A DNA stretch of 64,000 nt from Malacoraja senta (GCA_038087875.1 CM075988.1:6200001-6264000), one strand, 5' to 3'. Shown: positions 1-11,476, numbered from the stretch's first letter. Notes: a model not told the origin generated them from the sequence alone. Program-made: numbers and translations.

Positions 1-134
1 CATTACAATGCTTTTACACTCTGTACCTTCCCCTTTGCTCCACCTGTTGCAGTTGTGTTGGACCTGAGTGTATTTATGTGAGTATTATCTCATCAGTCCA
101 GATAGCATGCAAAATGCTTTTCAATGGACCTCAG

Positions 135-441
135 ACCCACCAGAGGACATAGGTTCAAGGTGAAGGGGAAAAGATTTAATAGCAATCTGAGGGGTAACGT
201 TTTCACACAAAGGGTGGTGGATGTATGGAACAAGCTGCCAGAGGAGGTAGTTGAGGCTGGGAATTAGGAATTTCCTAATTCCTTAAGAAACAGTTAGACA
301 GGTACATGGATAGGACATGTTTGAAGGGAAACGGACCAAACGCAGGTAGGAGGGACTAGTGTAGCTGGGACATGTTGGCCGGTGTGGGCAAGTTGGGTGA
401 AGGGCCTGTTTCCACACTGTATGACTATTACTCTATGATTC
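135..441 (+). mobile_element. CR1 LINE 3' fragment inserted into a Rex-Babar-like 3' UTR remnant
   Basis: Encodes the CR1 C-terminal motif TRGH..F.V..K.F..NLRGN.FTQRVV..WN.LP and has the CR1 3' stem GGGCCTGTTTCC..CTGTATGACT. The flanks 1-134 and 442-475 join into a Rex-like UTR ending in AATAAA. Confidence 0.8.
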
Positions 442-1225
442 AGTACGCATTAAAATAATAAATCTAATCCTAAACGCAGCTAACTGCAACACATTCTCTA
501 CATTTATTAACAAACAGTAAAACAGAAAAACAATTCAGGAGTGGAGTGCCACTCTGAAGCTGGAAGGTGTTTCAACTGATGGAAAACCGTGAAGGTTGTC
601 ACTGTCGTCAGAGCTTTCCTTCTGGTAGTAATGTTCCAAGAAAAACACATTGCATGTGTGGCATGAGGTGTTTCCTTGAAGGGCAGGCTGTCAAAAGGTC
701 TAAATGATGATCAGAGTTCTTGACTACTGAGTGAGAAATGATCCTTCAGCGTTATATTGGCTCTGGGAGGTACAACGTCATCAGCTAACGAGAGTTTGGC
801 TGATCTCGGCCCAGACTGAGTGAAGGACATTAAGTCAGTGGTTCCAGATGGAAAAAGTGAGCCAATTTAACATTTTCCCAATCCTTCGATGAAAATGGTT
901 TACATCAGTGGATTGACATGGAATTTTCACCTCAGGGATCCTGTGGGATTCTGAGTGTTGCAACGTTTGTATGGAACTCAGTATACGCTAAACCTGCACC
1001 TCCAGATATCCACCTCCATCACACACGACACTGATGCCTTCGTATTCACAGTGTATAAATATCCCAGACTGTTGAAGAGCATGGGATCTTTCAGAGTCGA
1101 GGCTAAACCTTTCAGTGAGAAGTAGTGAGAATGAGGAATGCCCTGTCCTTGGCCTCTATCCCTTGCCAACAACTGAATCCCTCTCACTGGGAACAGTCTC
1201 ATACCAAACCCAACCCATTGCAGCA

Positions 1226-1426
1226 AAACACAAAGTGTTGGAGTGACTCAATGGGTCAGGCTGCATCTGTGGAGGGAATGGATGGACGACGTTTCGGGTC
1301 GGGACCCTCCCTCAACCCAAAACATCACCTATCCATTCCCCGCACAGATACTGCCTGACCCGCTGAGTTACTCCAGCACTTTGAGTTTTGCTCAAGATTC
1401 CATCATCTGCAGTTCCTTGTGTCTCC
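1226..1426. mobile_element. Penelope-derived fold-back repeat (degenerate hammerhead core)
   Basis: Inverted arms of the GCTGGAGTAACTCAGCGGGTCAGGCAGCATC repeat family. Confidence 0.7.
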
Positions 1427-1592
1427 AACCCTTAACAACTTGGTGTGCCGGTTTGAAGTAGGCCTTGTGCAGATAGTGAGTAGGAGGGCTTTAGATTCCA
1501 GGGAAATATCAGTGGTCTGCTCCATTGGGCAAAAAATGACAACCAGAATTTAATCCAGAGAAATGTGAGGTAATGCGTTTGGGCAGTGGTGT

Positions 1593-1927
1593 TACTTACT
1601 TACCTACTGCCTATTATGCCTTCTGGCATGTAGGGCAGCAACGAAGGTCCTCCACTCCTGTCTGTTCTGGGTCCATCACGCCCAGTAGTGTTGATTCCTT
1701 CAGTTGCTGTTTCCGTAACATATTTCTTTTATGAGACAGGGTTGTTAGCCCTGTGCTCAACCTCCAACCTGGAGGACCAGTGGATTGCTCTTCGTCTCGC
1801 CTCTACCCTTCGACCTGTCCAGCATGGGAGACCCTAGCAGGAGACGAATCTCCCGCTGGCATAGCTCTAGGGGTCACTGAGACACACAAGCTCCCCGACC
1901 ACGACAAGGTTGCCATCCAACGGGGAG
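1593..1927 (-). mobile_element. Bipartite non-autonomous RTE retroposon (RTE 5' UTR fused to RTE 3' end), full length
   Basis: 8-bp TSD AGTGGTGT (1585-1592 and 1928-1935). RTE-type 5' motif CCTTGTCGTGGT...GGGTCTCCCA. The 3' end encodes QNRQEWRTFVAALHARRHNRQ* and ends in a (GTAA)n tail. Inserted in an old CR1 remnant (EFNPEKCEVMRLG). Confidence 0.85.
1857..1927 (-). ncRNA. Variant HDV-like ribozyme fold at the 5' end of the RTE element
   Basis: P1 CUCCCCG/CGGGGAG, P2 UGGCA/UGCCA, P3 ACC/GGU, L3 UUGUCGU, 1-bp P1.1 G-C, J4/2 GCUA. Atypical features are C at +1 and a short J4/2. Confidence 0.45.
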
Positions 1928-2099
1928 AGTGGTGTGCCTTAAGGCAAAGTAACATACAGAGAATGGGGTGATGTTGAGTGGTGCTATAATGCTGAAAACT
2001 ATAATCTGCACTCTGGTATTTTTTTCTCTTTGCTCCACCTGTTGTATGTGCATGGCCTGACTGTATTCATGTGGAGTATTATCTGATATAGTACAGCAT

Positions 2100-2600
2100 A
2101 CCGTGCTGGAGTAATTCAGCGGATCAGGCAGCATCTCCAGAGGACATGGATAAGCAATGTTTCGGATTGGGATCCTACTATAGACTGATTGTAGGGGGGG
2201 GGGGGGGAGGAAGCTGAAAATGAAGGACAAAAAAAGGCACAAAGTGTTAGAGTAACTCGGTGGGTCACGGAGCGTAGCTGGAAGCATGGGTAGGTGACAT
2301 TTTGACCCCGGTTCCTTCTTCAGACTGATGATGGTGGGGAGGGGGGGCTGGTGGGGGATGGGACAGAAAGCATGGAAGTAATAGGTGGATACAGATGAGA
2401 TGTGTGTGTGGGGGGGGGGGGGGGGGGTTGATAGACATATTGTGGACAAAGGCCAGAGATGAAAAGACAAAAAGTATGAGACAAAATAATTGAAGAGTTG
2501 CGAATTATGCAGATGGATGGGGAGTTCCTCGCTGAGTTAATCCAGCACATTGTGTCTTTTTTTGTGAACCGGCAGCTGCAGTTTCTTGTTTCTACATTGT
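2100..2600. mobile_element. Cluster of Penelope-derived repeat fragments with G-rich 3' UTR segments
   Basis: Several CTGGAGTAACTC..GGCAGCATC units, CTTCTTCAGACTGA and GGTGGATACAG motifs. Confidence 0.65.
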
Positions 2601-2876
2601 AGGGTGGGGCAAAAGGTGGCTTGTGGGAAGAGGATACAGGTGAGGCGTGGTCTGAATGTTAGATGGGTGAACAAACAGCGGAGATGCATAGGAGACAAAA
2701 GGGTGTGAGGTAAGAAGAGAAGAGTGAAAATGTAATTCAAAGGTAGGGATATGGATGAAGGGGATGGGGAGAGAGGAAAGGGGGTGAGAATAGTACGACA
2801 AAGGATTTTTGACCTTTATCTAGGAGCCTCAGAGGACAAAATTGCAAGATATTGGAGGAAAGTGGAGGAAAGTATT

Positions 2877-2921
2877 ATAATAATAATAATAATAGATTTT
2901 ATTTATATAGCGCTTTTCAGC
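2877..2921 (-). mobile_element. Very short 5'-truncated L2 LINE 3' end with (TAT)n tail
   Basis: The reverse complement CTGAAAAGCGCTATATAAATAAAATCTATTATTATT matches the terminus of the L2 at 53620-53863. Confidence 0.75.
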
Positions 2922-3076
2922 ATGGCAAATTGTCTCTCTGTGAAAGTTTATGATGGGATTTGTAGTCATCCATGATTTATATTTGTGTATCATCGTGGAG
3001 ATGCATCTCAACGAGATAATTGCCGGTTCTGGAAATTCTTGATTTATTCTTTCCATTTTGGATGAAGTGGACGAGT

Positions 3077-3388
3077 GGCAACACAGTGGCGTAGCGATGG
3101 AGTTATTGCCTTACAGTGCCCGAGACCTGGGTTCGATGCTGACTAAAGGTGCCGTCTGTCTGTACTTTTGTACTTTCTCCCTGTGACCGCGTGGGTTTTC
3201 TCCGGGTGCTCCGGTTTCCGCCCACACTCCAAAGACGTGCAGGTTTGTAAGTTAATTGGCTTTGGTAGAACATTTTTAAAATTATCGCTAGTGTGTAGGA
3301 TGGTGTTGGTGTACGGGGTGATCGCTGGTCGGTGCAAACTTGGTGGGCCGAAGGGCCTGTTCTGCACTGTATCTCTAAAGTCTAAAGT
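3077..3388 (+). mobile_element. tRNA-derived V-SINE (HE1-like)
   Basis: A box TGGCGTAGCGATGG, B box GGTTCGATGC, V-domain GCGTGGGTTTTCTCCGGGTGCTCCGGTTTCC, CR1-like 3' end and (TCTAAAG)n tail. Confidence 0.9.
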
Positions 3389-3584
3389 TAATATAAAACC
3401 TTATCTTCCTCCGAAGCTCCAAAATAAATCAACAAAATCCTGGTATTTGTATTGGTATTGGTGTATTATTGACATCTAAACCCAGATACCATGAAAAACG
3501 TTGTTTAAGAGTATTAATAAGAGGTGTTGATTGGTTTTATGGAGTTTTTGCAAACCCAGCACTATGTCAATAAAAATATATAAG

Positions 3585-4172
3585 GGTGACACAAGGAACT
3601 GCAGATGTTAGAATCCTGAGCAAAATACAAAATGCTGGAGGAACTAGCAGGTCAGGCAGCATCTGTGGAGCGAATGGCCTATCCATGTCCTGCAGAGAAC
3701 ATCACCTATCCATGTTCTCCAGAGAATGTTGCTTATCCATGTTCACCAGAGAACCGTCACCTGTCCATGATCTCCAGAGTATCATTGCCTATCCATGTTC
3801 ACCAGAGAATATCACCTATCCATGTTCTCCAGAGAACGTTGCTTATCCGTGTTTACCAGAGAATGCCGCCTATCCATGAGCTGCAGAGAGTATCACCTCT
3901 CTATGTTCTCCAGAGAGCATCACCTCTCCGTGATCTCCAGATTACTGTCACCCATCCATGTATCATAGAGATTGCCGCATACCCTTGTTCTCCAGAGAAC
4001 CATTGCCGATCCATGTTCTCCAGAGAATGCCATCAATCCATGATCTCCAGAGTATCATTGTCTATCCATATTCACCAGAGAACATCGCCTATCCATATTA
4101 TCTAAAGAACCATCACCCATTCATGTTCTCCAGAGATGCTGCTTGGCTGGCTGAGTTAACCCTGCACTTTGT
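3585..4172. repeat. Penelope-derived fold-back repeat with an internal ~27-bp minisatellite expansion
   Basis: About 17 degenerate copies of CATCACCTATCCATGTTCTCCAGAGAA (approx. 3680-4140) lie between the inverted arms. Confidence 0.8.
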
Positions 4173-4363
4173 GACTTTGTTGACTTGATCACTCCCTTTC
4201 CGTTGTCACGCTAATAGCTTCACCTTCTGTTTTTCCCATGACTTTATACCTTTGTTAATCTTATTCCCATATTTGAAAAAGCTTTGGAAGTGAATTTGTT
4301 GGAAATTTATCAAGTATTTTACCAATCAAGTCAACAAAATCACAAAATGCAGGGTTAACTCAG

Positions 4364-5000
4364 TTCCGGAAGTGGTGGCGCTGCCTGGCAGCTGCGGCTC
4401 GCCTGCAGTCCGTCTGTTTTTTCTTTTTTTGTTGTTTTTCTTTTGTCTGTTTTAGTTAAATTTAGTTTATTAGGTTGTGTATGTGAGTGGGGGTGGGGGG
4501 GGGGTGGGGGGGTGGGAGAAACATGGTTTTAGTCTCTTCCTTCGGGGGGATGCGACTTTTTCTTGTCATGTCCCCCGTCTCCGTCTCTGTCTGTGCTGAG
4601 GCCTAATGGCGGAGCTGGCAGCCTCGGGGCTGTGGCGGCGTTCCAGCGTTCCAGCGTTCCGGCGGCGGACCCGACTTCAGAGCTGTGGCGGCGTACCGGC
4701 GCGTTCCGGCGGCGGCGGCCCGACTTCGGAGGCTCGGCCGCGAGCCCAGTGGACGACAACATCGGAGGCCTGGATCGCCTCAGCGCAGAGGGAGAACAAG
4801 GAGGGAAGAGACAAAGACTTTAAGACTTTTGCCTTCCATCACAGTGAGGAGGTGCCTGGTGAACTAACTGTGGTGGATGTTAAATTTGTGTTTATTGTGT
4901 GTTTTGTTTTTTATTATATGTATGACGGCAAGGCAACGGAATTTCGTTCAGACCGAAAGGTCTGAATGACAATAAAGGATACCTTGACTTGACTTTTGAC
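4364..5000 (+). mobile_element. CpG-rich non-autonomous retroposon with a Rex-Babar-type 3' end
   Basis: GC/CpG-rich body, GCCTTCCATCACAGTGA motif, TGACAATAAA followed by a (TTGAC)n tail. Follows a truncated Penelope-derived repeat. Confidence 0.65.
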
Positions 5001-5378
5001 AAAGTATCGCAGCAGGGACAGAGAGCTGACAAACAGGAGGGGGAGGGCAACCTGGCAAGTGATAGGTGGATACAGGTGAGGGGGGGGGGCAGGGTTGATT
5101 GGTAGATGGGTGGACAGAGGATTGAGATGAAAAGGAGACAAATGAGTGACAAAAATGGGATGAAAGAGAGACAAAAAGGAGACAAGGAGATAAAGGGATC
5201 AGATAAGGAGAAGGGTGAATGAGAGTTGGTGATTGACGGGGCTCGACTATCCTCCGTCCTTTCCCAGAACCTCAGCACTGGGACAAGGAAAGCTGCACTG
5301 TTAATGATGCCAGCTCTTGCAAGATACTTTAAAATGAAACCTCTTTGCAGAAGAATATACAATATATATATAGAATAT

Positions 5379-5878
5379 AGGAGAGAGAGGAGGGAAAGGG
5401 AGAGGGAGAGGGAGAGGGAGAGAGGGGGAGATAGAGAGAAGGAGAGAGGGAGAGAGGGAAGGGGGCAGGGAGAGGGAGAGGGAGAGAGGGAGAGGAGATA
5501 GGAGAGGGAGAGAGGGGGTGGGAGAGGGAGAGGGAGAGAGGGAGAGGAGAGAGGAGAGGGGGAGAGAGGGAGAGGAGAGAGGAGAGGGAGAGAGGGGGAG
5601 AGGGAGAGGAACAGGGAGGGAGAGGGTGAAGGAGAGAGGAAGAGGGAGAGAAGAGATGGCGAGGGAGAAAGGGAGGGGGACAGGGATAGGGAGGGAGAGG
5701 GAGAGAGGGAGTGGGAGAGGGAGAGAAGAGATGGAGAGGGAGGGGGGGGAGAGGGAGAGAGGGAGAGGGAAAGAGAAGGTGGGAGAGGGACAGGGAGAGT
5801 GAGTGGGGGAGAGGGACAGAGAGAGAGGGACGGAGAGGGGAGAGAGGGAGAGGTAGAGAGGGAGAGGGAGAGGGAGAG
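5379..5878. repeat. Polypurine (GA/GGA)-rich low-complexity tract
   Basis: About 500 bp composed almost entirely of G and A. Confidence 0.95.
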
Positions 5879-6554
5879 TAACTCTGGTAGTAAAATTCCA
5901 ATATTCCACAGAATGGGTATCACAGCCACAGACCAGATGTGGGATGGGAAGGACCGAGTGGGTTGTGTGTTGCCAGACTCCAGCTGACTATTGGCAGGGA
6001 GGCAGATGGAGACCAGAGATGTTGAAAGAAGCATCAGCATGACAACAGCTTCACTACTGTGGAATGTCATTGGTGCCTCAAAAATGTCTTGCAAACAAGT
6101 CTCAGAACACTGTGTACCTCGCCACCAACACTGCTGCCACTTCAGCCAACCATGGGTTTGAGTGAGATTGGCAACACACTGCCGTTTTAAACGTGTGTCC
6201 CCACGGCCACTTTACGTGGTAGTACGTTTGTGGAAAAGGAGAGGGTGCAGCTCAGATACTGAACCAAACGGCTGCAGGTCCAACACTGCGGAGATTGTGA
6301 TTCAGTGTGAAACATTCACAGGGGCACACTCACACTGACTCGTCACCATGGGTGAGGGTCGTGCAGATGGAATTCAAGGACGTTTGCTGAGTGGGTTTGT
6401 GTGGTTAGTGGAGCAGGGTGTGGGAGTTAGTTATGTTCAAGAATGGGAGTTGCGTGTGCACAAGGGTTTGCACTACTTGGTGAAGGTGAGTGCTGTGCAA
6501 ATATCTGTGCATTACTTTTGTGTGGCAGTGCATTAGTTGCATGAAATGGTGCAA

Positions 6555-7070
6555 TGTTTGTGTATACGCTAGTTGTGTGTGTGTGTTTGTGTGCACAGAT
6601 GCAAGTGTGTATGTGTGTATCAGTGTGTGTGTGTCTATTTGTGTGTATGTGTGTGTATGAGTGTGTTGGTGTGTGCATGTGTGTGTACATGTGAATGTGT
6701 GCATGTCTATATGTGTGTGTGGTTGTTTTTGTTTGTTTGTGTGTGTGTTTGTGTGTGTGTGTTTGTGTGTGTGTGTTTGTGTATGTGTGTTTGTGTGAGT
6801 GTGTGCGCGCATGTGTATATGTGTACATGTGTGTAGGTGTGTGTGTTTGTGTATGCATGTGTATGTGTGTGTGTGGTGTGCATTTATGTGTGTATGTGTA
6901 TGTGTGCATGCATGTGTGGTGTGTGTACATGTATATGTGTGGTTGCATGTGGGTGTGTGTGCATGTGCATGTGTGTATGTATGGGTGTGTGTGCACATGT
7001 ATGTGTGTGTATTTGTCTGTGTGTGTGCCACGTGTGAGTGTGAGTGTGTACTATAATAGTGTGTGCGTGC
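6555..7070. repeat. Degenerate (GT)n/(GTAT)n microsatellite
   Basis: Alternating GT/AT/GC dinucleotides. Confidence 0.95.
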
Positions 7071-7529
7071 CTGTTTCTGGTCACCGCTGAGTGCTGAAGG
7101 TAATTAGCCAGTTATTGTCAGGGTTAAGTTCCCGTGGCAACTTGCAGTGGCGCTCCCTAGAACTGGCACTCTGCAACATGAGCCATCTTGATGCTGTTTT
7201 CTGTGCTGGAGGTCCTGGCAAACAGGATTTCATTTCCTGGTGCAGCAAGCTTGTTTTATCTTGCAGAAAGAATTTGCTTGTGGGTGAAAATTAATAAAAT
7301 TGCACGGGCTAACAAAAAGCACATTCAATTGCTTCTGATCATACCTCTTGGAGAGCAGGGTTAGTGGGGTCAGGGCACATCTGTGTTCCATCTTTGTGTG
7401 AGCTTACGGACTGTGGAGTGGGAAGGGGTTCTAAGAGGGAAGTCAAAATGTTATTGAAAGTAAAGGTTAAAATTACTCCTACTTAAAATAAATAAATAGT
7501 TATGATTAGTTTTGCCCATGTACAGGCTG

Positions 7530-7543
7530 CCGCTAGATGGAGC
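7530..7543 (+). promoter_or_regulatory. Candidate CTCF motif
   Basis: CCGCTAGATGGAGC versus consensus CCRSYAGRKGGCRS (one mismatch), in unique sequence. Confidence 0.35.
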
Positions 7544-7615
7544 CCTCTGCAAAGGTGGGGAGGACATGGATCAGAAAATTAATCACGTCGGTTAATTAAA
7601 GAGAATATTTGTGAG

Positions 7616-7886
7616 GGGCGGCATGGTGGCCCTGCGATAGGGGCGCTGCCTTACAGCGCCAGAGACTTGGGTTCGATCCTGACCACGGGTGCCGTCTGTA
7701 CAGATGTTGTACGTTCTAGCTGTGACTGTGAGAGTTTTCTTCGGGTGCTCCACTTTCCTCCCAAATTAATTGGCTTCTGTAAATTGTCCCTAATGTGTAG
7801 GTTAGAACTAGTATGAACGGGCGATTGCTGGTCAGCGCGAGCTCGGGGGGGGGGGGGGGGGGCCGAAGGGCCTCTTTCCACGCTAC
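7616..7886 (+). mobile_element. V-SINE (HE1-like), internally deleted
   Basis: GGGCGGCATGGTGG head, GGTTCGATCC B box, CR1-like tail. Confidence 0.85.
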
Positions 7887-8188
7887 ATAAGTTGATATGT
7901 TATAGGAGGAGAATTAGGCCAATTGGCCCAACTTCTACTCCGCCATTCAATCATGGCTGATCTACCTTTCCCTCTCAACCCAGTTCTCCTGCCTTCTCCC
8001 CATAACTCCTGACACCCATATACTAATCGCGCACAGGTCCATATCTATACGAAATCTCAAGAGAATGTAAGCAACAGGATGTCATTTTCATTGAGGATGT
8101 AGGAGTATTGATGTGTATCATTGAGGCTTCAAAAAATGAGAGAGCCTCTTAATTAGCCCTTCGTTCCATCTTTGAATGGTTTATTCAG

Positions 8189-8358
8189 TTTAGGTTAGAG
8201 GTACAGTGCTGAAACAGGCCCTTCGGCCCACCAAGTCCGTGCCGACTAGCGATCCCCGCACATTAACATTATCCTACACACTGGGGACAATTTACAATTT
8301 TACCGAAGCCAATTTACCTACAAACCCGTGCATCTTTGGATTGTGGGAGGAAACCAGA
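8189..8358 (-). mobile_element. V-SINE 3' half
   Basis: Reverse complement of the HE1 tail and body (AAACAGGCCCTTCGGCCCACC...ACTGGGGACAATTTACA). Confidence 0.8.
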
Positions 8359-9128
8359 GCTTCAATAAGGTCGCCAACTCATCCTCCTATGCTCCAAAGA
8401 AAAATGTTCCAGACTATGCAACCTCTCCCCATAACTCGAGCTGCAAGCCGAGGGAACAGCCTGGTGAATCTCTTCTGCACCCTTTCCAACATTATGACGC
8501 CCCTCCTACAGCAGGGCATCCAGAACTACAGAACGACTCTCCGACGACTTGCACAGCTGCATTATGGTTTGCTAACTCTTGTGCTCAAATACCCGTCACA
8601 ATGAAGGCAAGAGTGTCCCCACCCTGTCCACCTGACTCAACACCTTCAGGGGACCATGCACCTGTACTCCCAGATCTCTCTCTGCTCTGCACCAATTCTC
8701 CAGGGCTCTGCCAATCCTGCCCTGCTTTGACACACCAAAATGCAACATCTCACACTTTTCAGAGTTAAATTACATTTGGCATTCCTGACCCACTTTCCCA
8801 ACTGATCTAGATCCCGTTGTAAGCGTCCACGTCCTTAATCACTGTCCACTGTACCACCGGTTTTGGGGGCATCTGCAAATTTGTCAACAACGGTAAACTA
8901 CATTCTCATCCAAATCGTTAATGTAACAGCAGTGAACTCCATTAGTCACAGACCACTGATCAGAAAAAACAACCCTCTGACTGTTCCCCTCTCCCTCCTT
9001 GCATTAAATACCCATCCCATATCTTTTTGTTCTCTGCTCTCTTCCTTGCAGTCCCACACTTAACATTACACTTTTTCCCTTTCTCTCTTCCCCTCCCAGT
9101 TTGTGATGCTGGCTCAGCTAGAGTGCTG

Positions 9129-9590
9129 CAGTACTACCTGTACAGGTGCTACAGCCTCAGTACTACCTGTACAGGTGCTACAGCCTCAGTACTACCTGTA
9201 CAGGTGCTACAGCCTCAGTACTACCTGTACAGGTGCTACAGCCTCAGTACTACCTGTACAGGTGCTACAGCCTCAGTACTACCTGTACAGGTGCTACAGC
9301 CACAGTACTACCTGTACAGGTGCTACAGCCTCAGTACTACCTGTACAGGTGCTACAGCCACAGTACTACCTGTACATGTACTACAGCAATGGTACTACCT
9401 GTACTACCTGAACAGGTACTACAGACACAATACTACCTGTACAGGTACAACAGTAACAGATACTATCTGTACAGGTACTTCAGTAACAGGTACTACCTGC
9501 TCAGGTACCATAGCCACAGTGCTACCTGCACAGGTACTGAAACCACAGTACTTACCAATACAGGTACCGCAGTACTACTTTACATATAGT
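9129..9590. repeat. 29-bp minisatellite containing a 12-bp palindrome
   Basis: Unit CAGTACTACCTGTACAGGTGCTACAGCC(T/A) in 8 near-perfect copies (9129-9360), followed by degenerate copies. Confidence 0.95.
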
Positions 9591-10144
9591 ACACATACAA
9601 CAAAGCTGATACTAATCTATCCTCCCACAACACCAGTGTCACTGAACTGTGATGTGTCCATTTCCCCAGTTCCAGCCAAGGACCTGAGAAGGCAGGACCA
9701 CAGTCATTCACTGTACCCCATATCAGGTTACCCCAGTACAAACTAAAGGAGACACAAGTCGACAGGTACTGACATTTTGAGCCAAAGACAAATGGCAGGA
9801 GGAACTCAGTGGGTCAGGGAAAATATCCGGTGGAAAATGGCTGGAACCATTTTGGGTCGGGACCCTCCTTCAGTCCAATGCAATAGAGGGGAGCTAGCAT
9901 TAGAAAGAGATGGCGGGATGGGTTGGGGCAAAAGCAGGGAAAGTGATGGGTGGATCACAGTAAGACAGGGTTGATTAGCAGATGAGTCAGGTGGGGTTGG
10001 GGGAGAAAAGGATGAGGATGGGGAGAGAAGGGTGGAGGCAGTGACCAGTTAACCCATCCTTGGAGTCGCAGCGGTAGAGTTGCTGCCTTACAACGCCAGA
10101 GACCCGGGCCCCGGGGCTGAAGGGTCTGTTTCCGCGCTTGGCTT

Positions 10145-10586
10145 CCCTGCCACAGAGGGCAGCGGGGGCCAAATCACTGGATGGATTTAAGAGAGCGTAC
10201 AGGGCCTGTCCCACTTTCATGACCTAATTCACGACCATTTTTACTCGTGGACATTTTTCATCATGCTAGAAAAACGCCCCGACCTACTTGATGCCACGAG
10301 TACCTACGACTAGCATCACGACCTACCTATGACCTCCTACGACCTCCTACGACCATGCTGCGAGTATGAGTCAAGGGCAAACTGGGCAGAGGTCATGAAT
10401 TAGGTCGTGAAAGTGGGACAGGCCCTTTAGATAGAGCTCTAGGGGCTAGTGGTATCAAGGGATATGAGGAGAAGGCAGGCACGGGATATTGATTGGGGAC
10501 GATCAGCCATGATCACAATGAATGGCGGTGCTGGCTCGATGGGCCGAATGGCCTCCTCCTGCACCTATTTTCTATGTTTCTATGCT
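10145..10586 (+). mobile_element. CR1 3' fragment split by a MITE
   Basis: LPQRA..A.SL.GFKRE.LDRAL..SGIKGY motif and (TTTCTATG)n tail. Confidence 0.85.
10201..10426. mobile_element. PIF/Harbinger-type MITE
   Basis: About 36-bp TIRs AGGGCCTGTCCCACTTTCATGACCTAATTCACGACC; right flank TTA, left flank TAC; internal CTACGAC repeats. Confidence 0.85.
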
Positions 10587-10786
10587 TTAAACTAAACTAA
10601 ACTTTTCTGGATGCACCCCGTCCCCTCACCTACTTACCCCTCGCCCACCACTGACCAGAATAGGGGAAGTCGTTAATTGGGTACCCAGGCTGTGACCACT
10701 GTTGATATTGGACTGTTTTCTATGGAGCATCAGAGGCTGAGTTGGCAACATTCCCTGAGCGAGATGCCCATCAGGGAATGCTGCTC

Positions 10787-10888
10787 TCAGTCTGAAGAAG
10801 GGTCTCGACCTGAAGCGTCACCCATTCCTCCCCTCCAGAGATGCTGCCTGTCCTGCTGAGTTACTCCAGCATTTTGTGTTTATCTTCA
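10787..10888 (+). mobile_element. Penelope-derived repeat with a degenerate hammerhead core
   Basis: CTGAAGAAGGGTCTCGACCTGAAGCGTC followed by the family tail. Confidence 0.75.
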
Positions 10889-11107
10889 GGGATGGTTGCC
10901 AACTGGCCCACTCCAGACTGCAGGAGTATGTGCTGAGGGACACACTGAAGCTTGGTGCAGCCAACGCCATGGCTCTGTGGGGGAGGACCACAGTCTAGGG
11001 TCCATCTGCTGCACGGACATTGGGGGGCAGAGTAAAGTGGGGACACCCCTCAAACAAATGAGGGGGAAATCACTCCAGGGGGCCACATGAGTGACCAGGG
11101 TGCTTAG

Positions 11108-11468
11108 TTCATGAGTTCATAAGTGATAGAAACAGAATTAGGCCATTCGGCCCATCAAGTCTACTCAGCCATTCAATCATGGCTGATCTATCTTTCCCTC
11201 TTAACCCCATTTTCCTGCCTTTGCCTCATAACCCATGACACCCGTACTAATCTAGAATCTATCTATCTCTGCCCTAAATATATTCATTGACTTAGCCTCC
11301 ACTGCCTTCTGTAGCAATGAATTCCACAGATTCACCACCCTCTGACTAAAGAAATTCCTCCTCATCTCCTTCCCAAATGAATGTCCTTTAATTCTGAGGC
11401 TATGACCTCTGGCCCTAGACTCTCCCACTAGTGGAAACATCCTGTCCACATCCACTCTATCCAGGCCT
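11108..11468 (-). mobile_element. CR1 3' fragment
   Basis: GLDRVDVDRMFPLVGESRARGHSLRIKG...FFSQRVVNLWNSL in the minus-strand ORF. Confidence 0.9.
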
Positions 11469-11476
11469 AAAATAAG

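Noticed and set aside
4892..7090. Long ORFs (400 aa Ser/Pro/Leu-rich; His/Thr and Cys/Val runs)
   Set aside because: They are translations of GA and GT simple repeats that lack stop codons.
9129..9400. CRISPR-like array of palindromic 29-bp repeats
   Set aside because: The units are head-to-tail with no unique spacers, there are no cas genes and the context is eukaryotic; it is a minisatellite.
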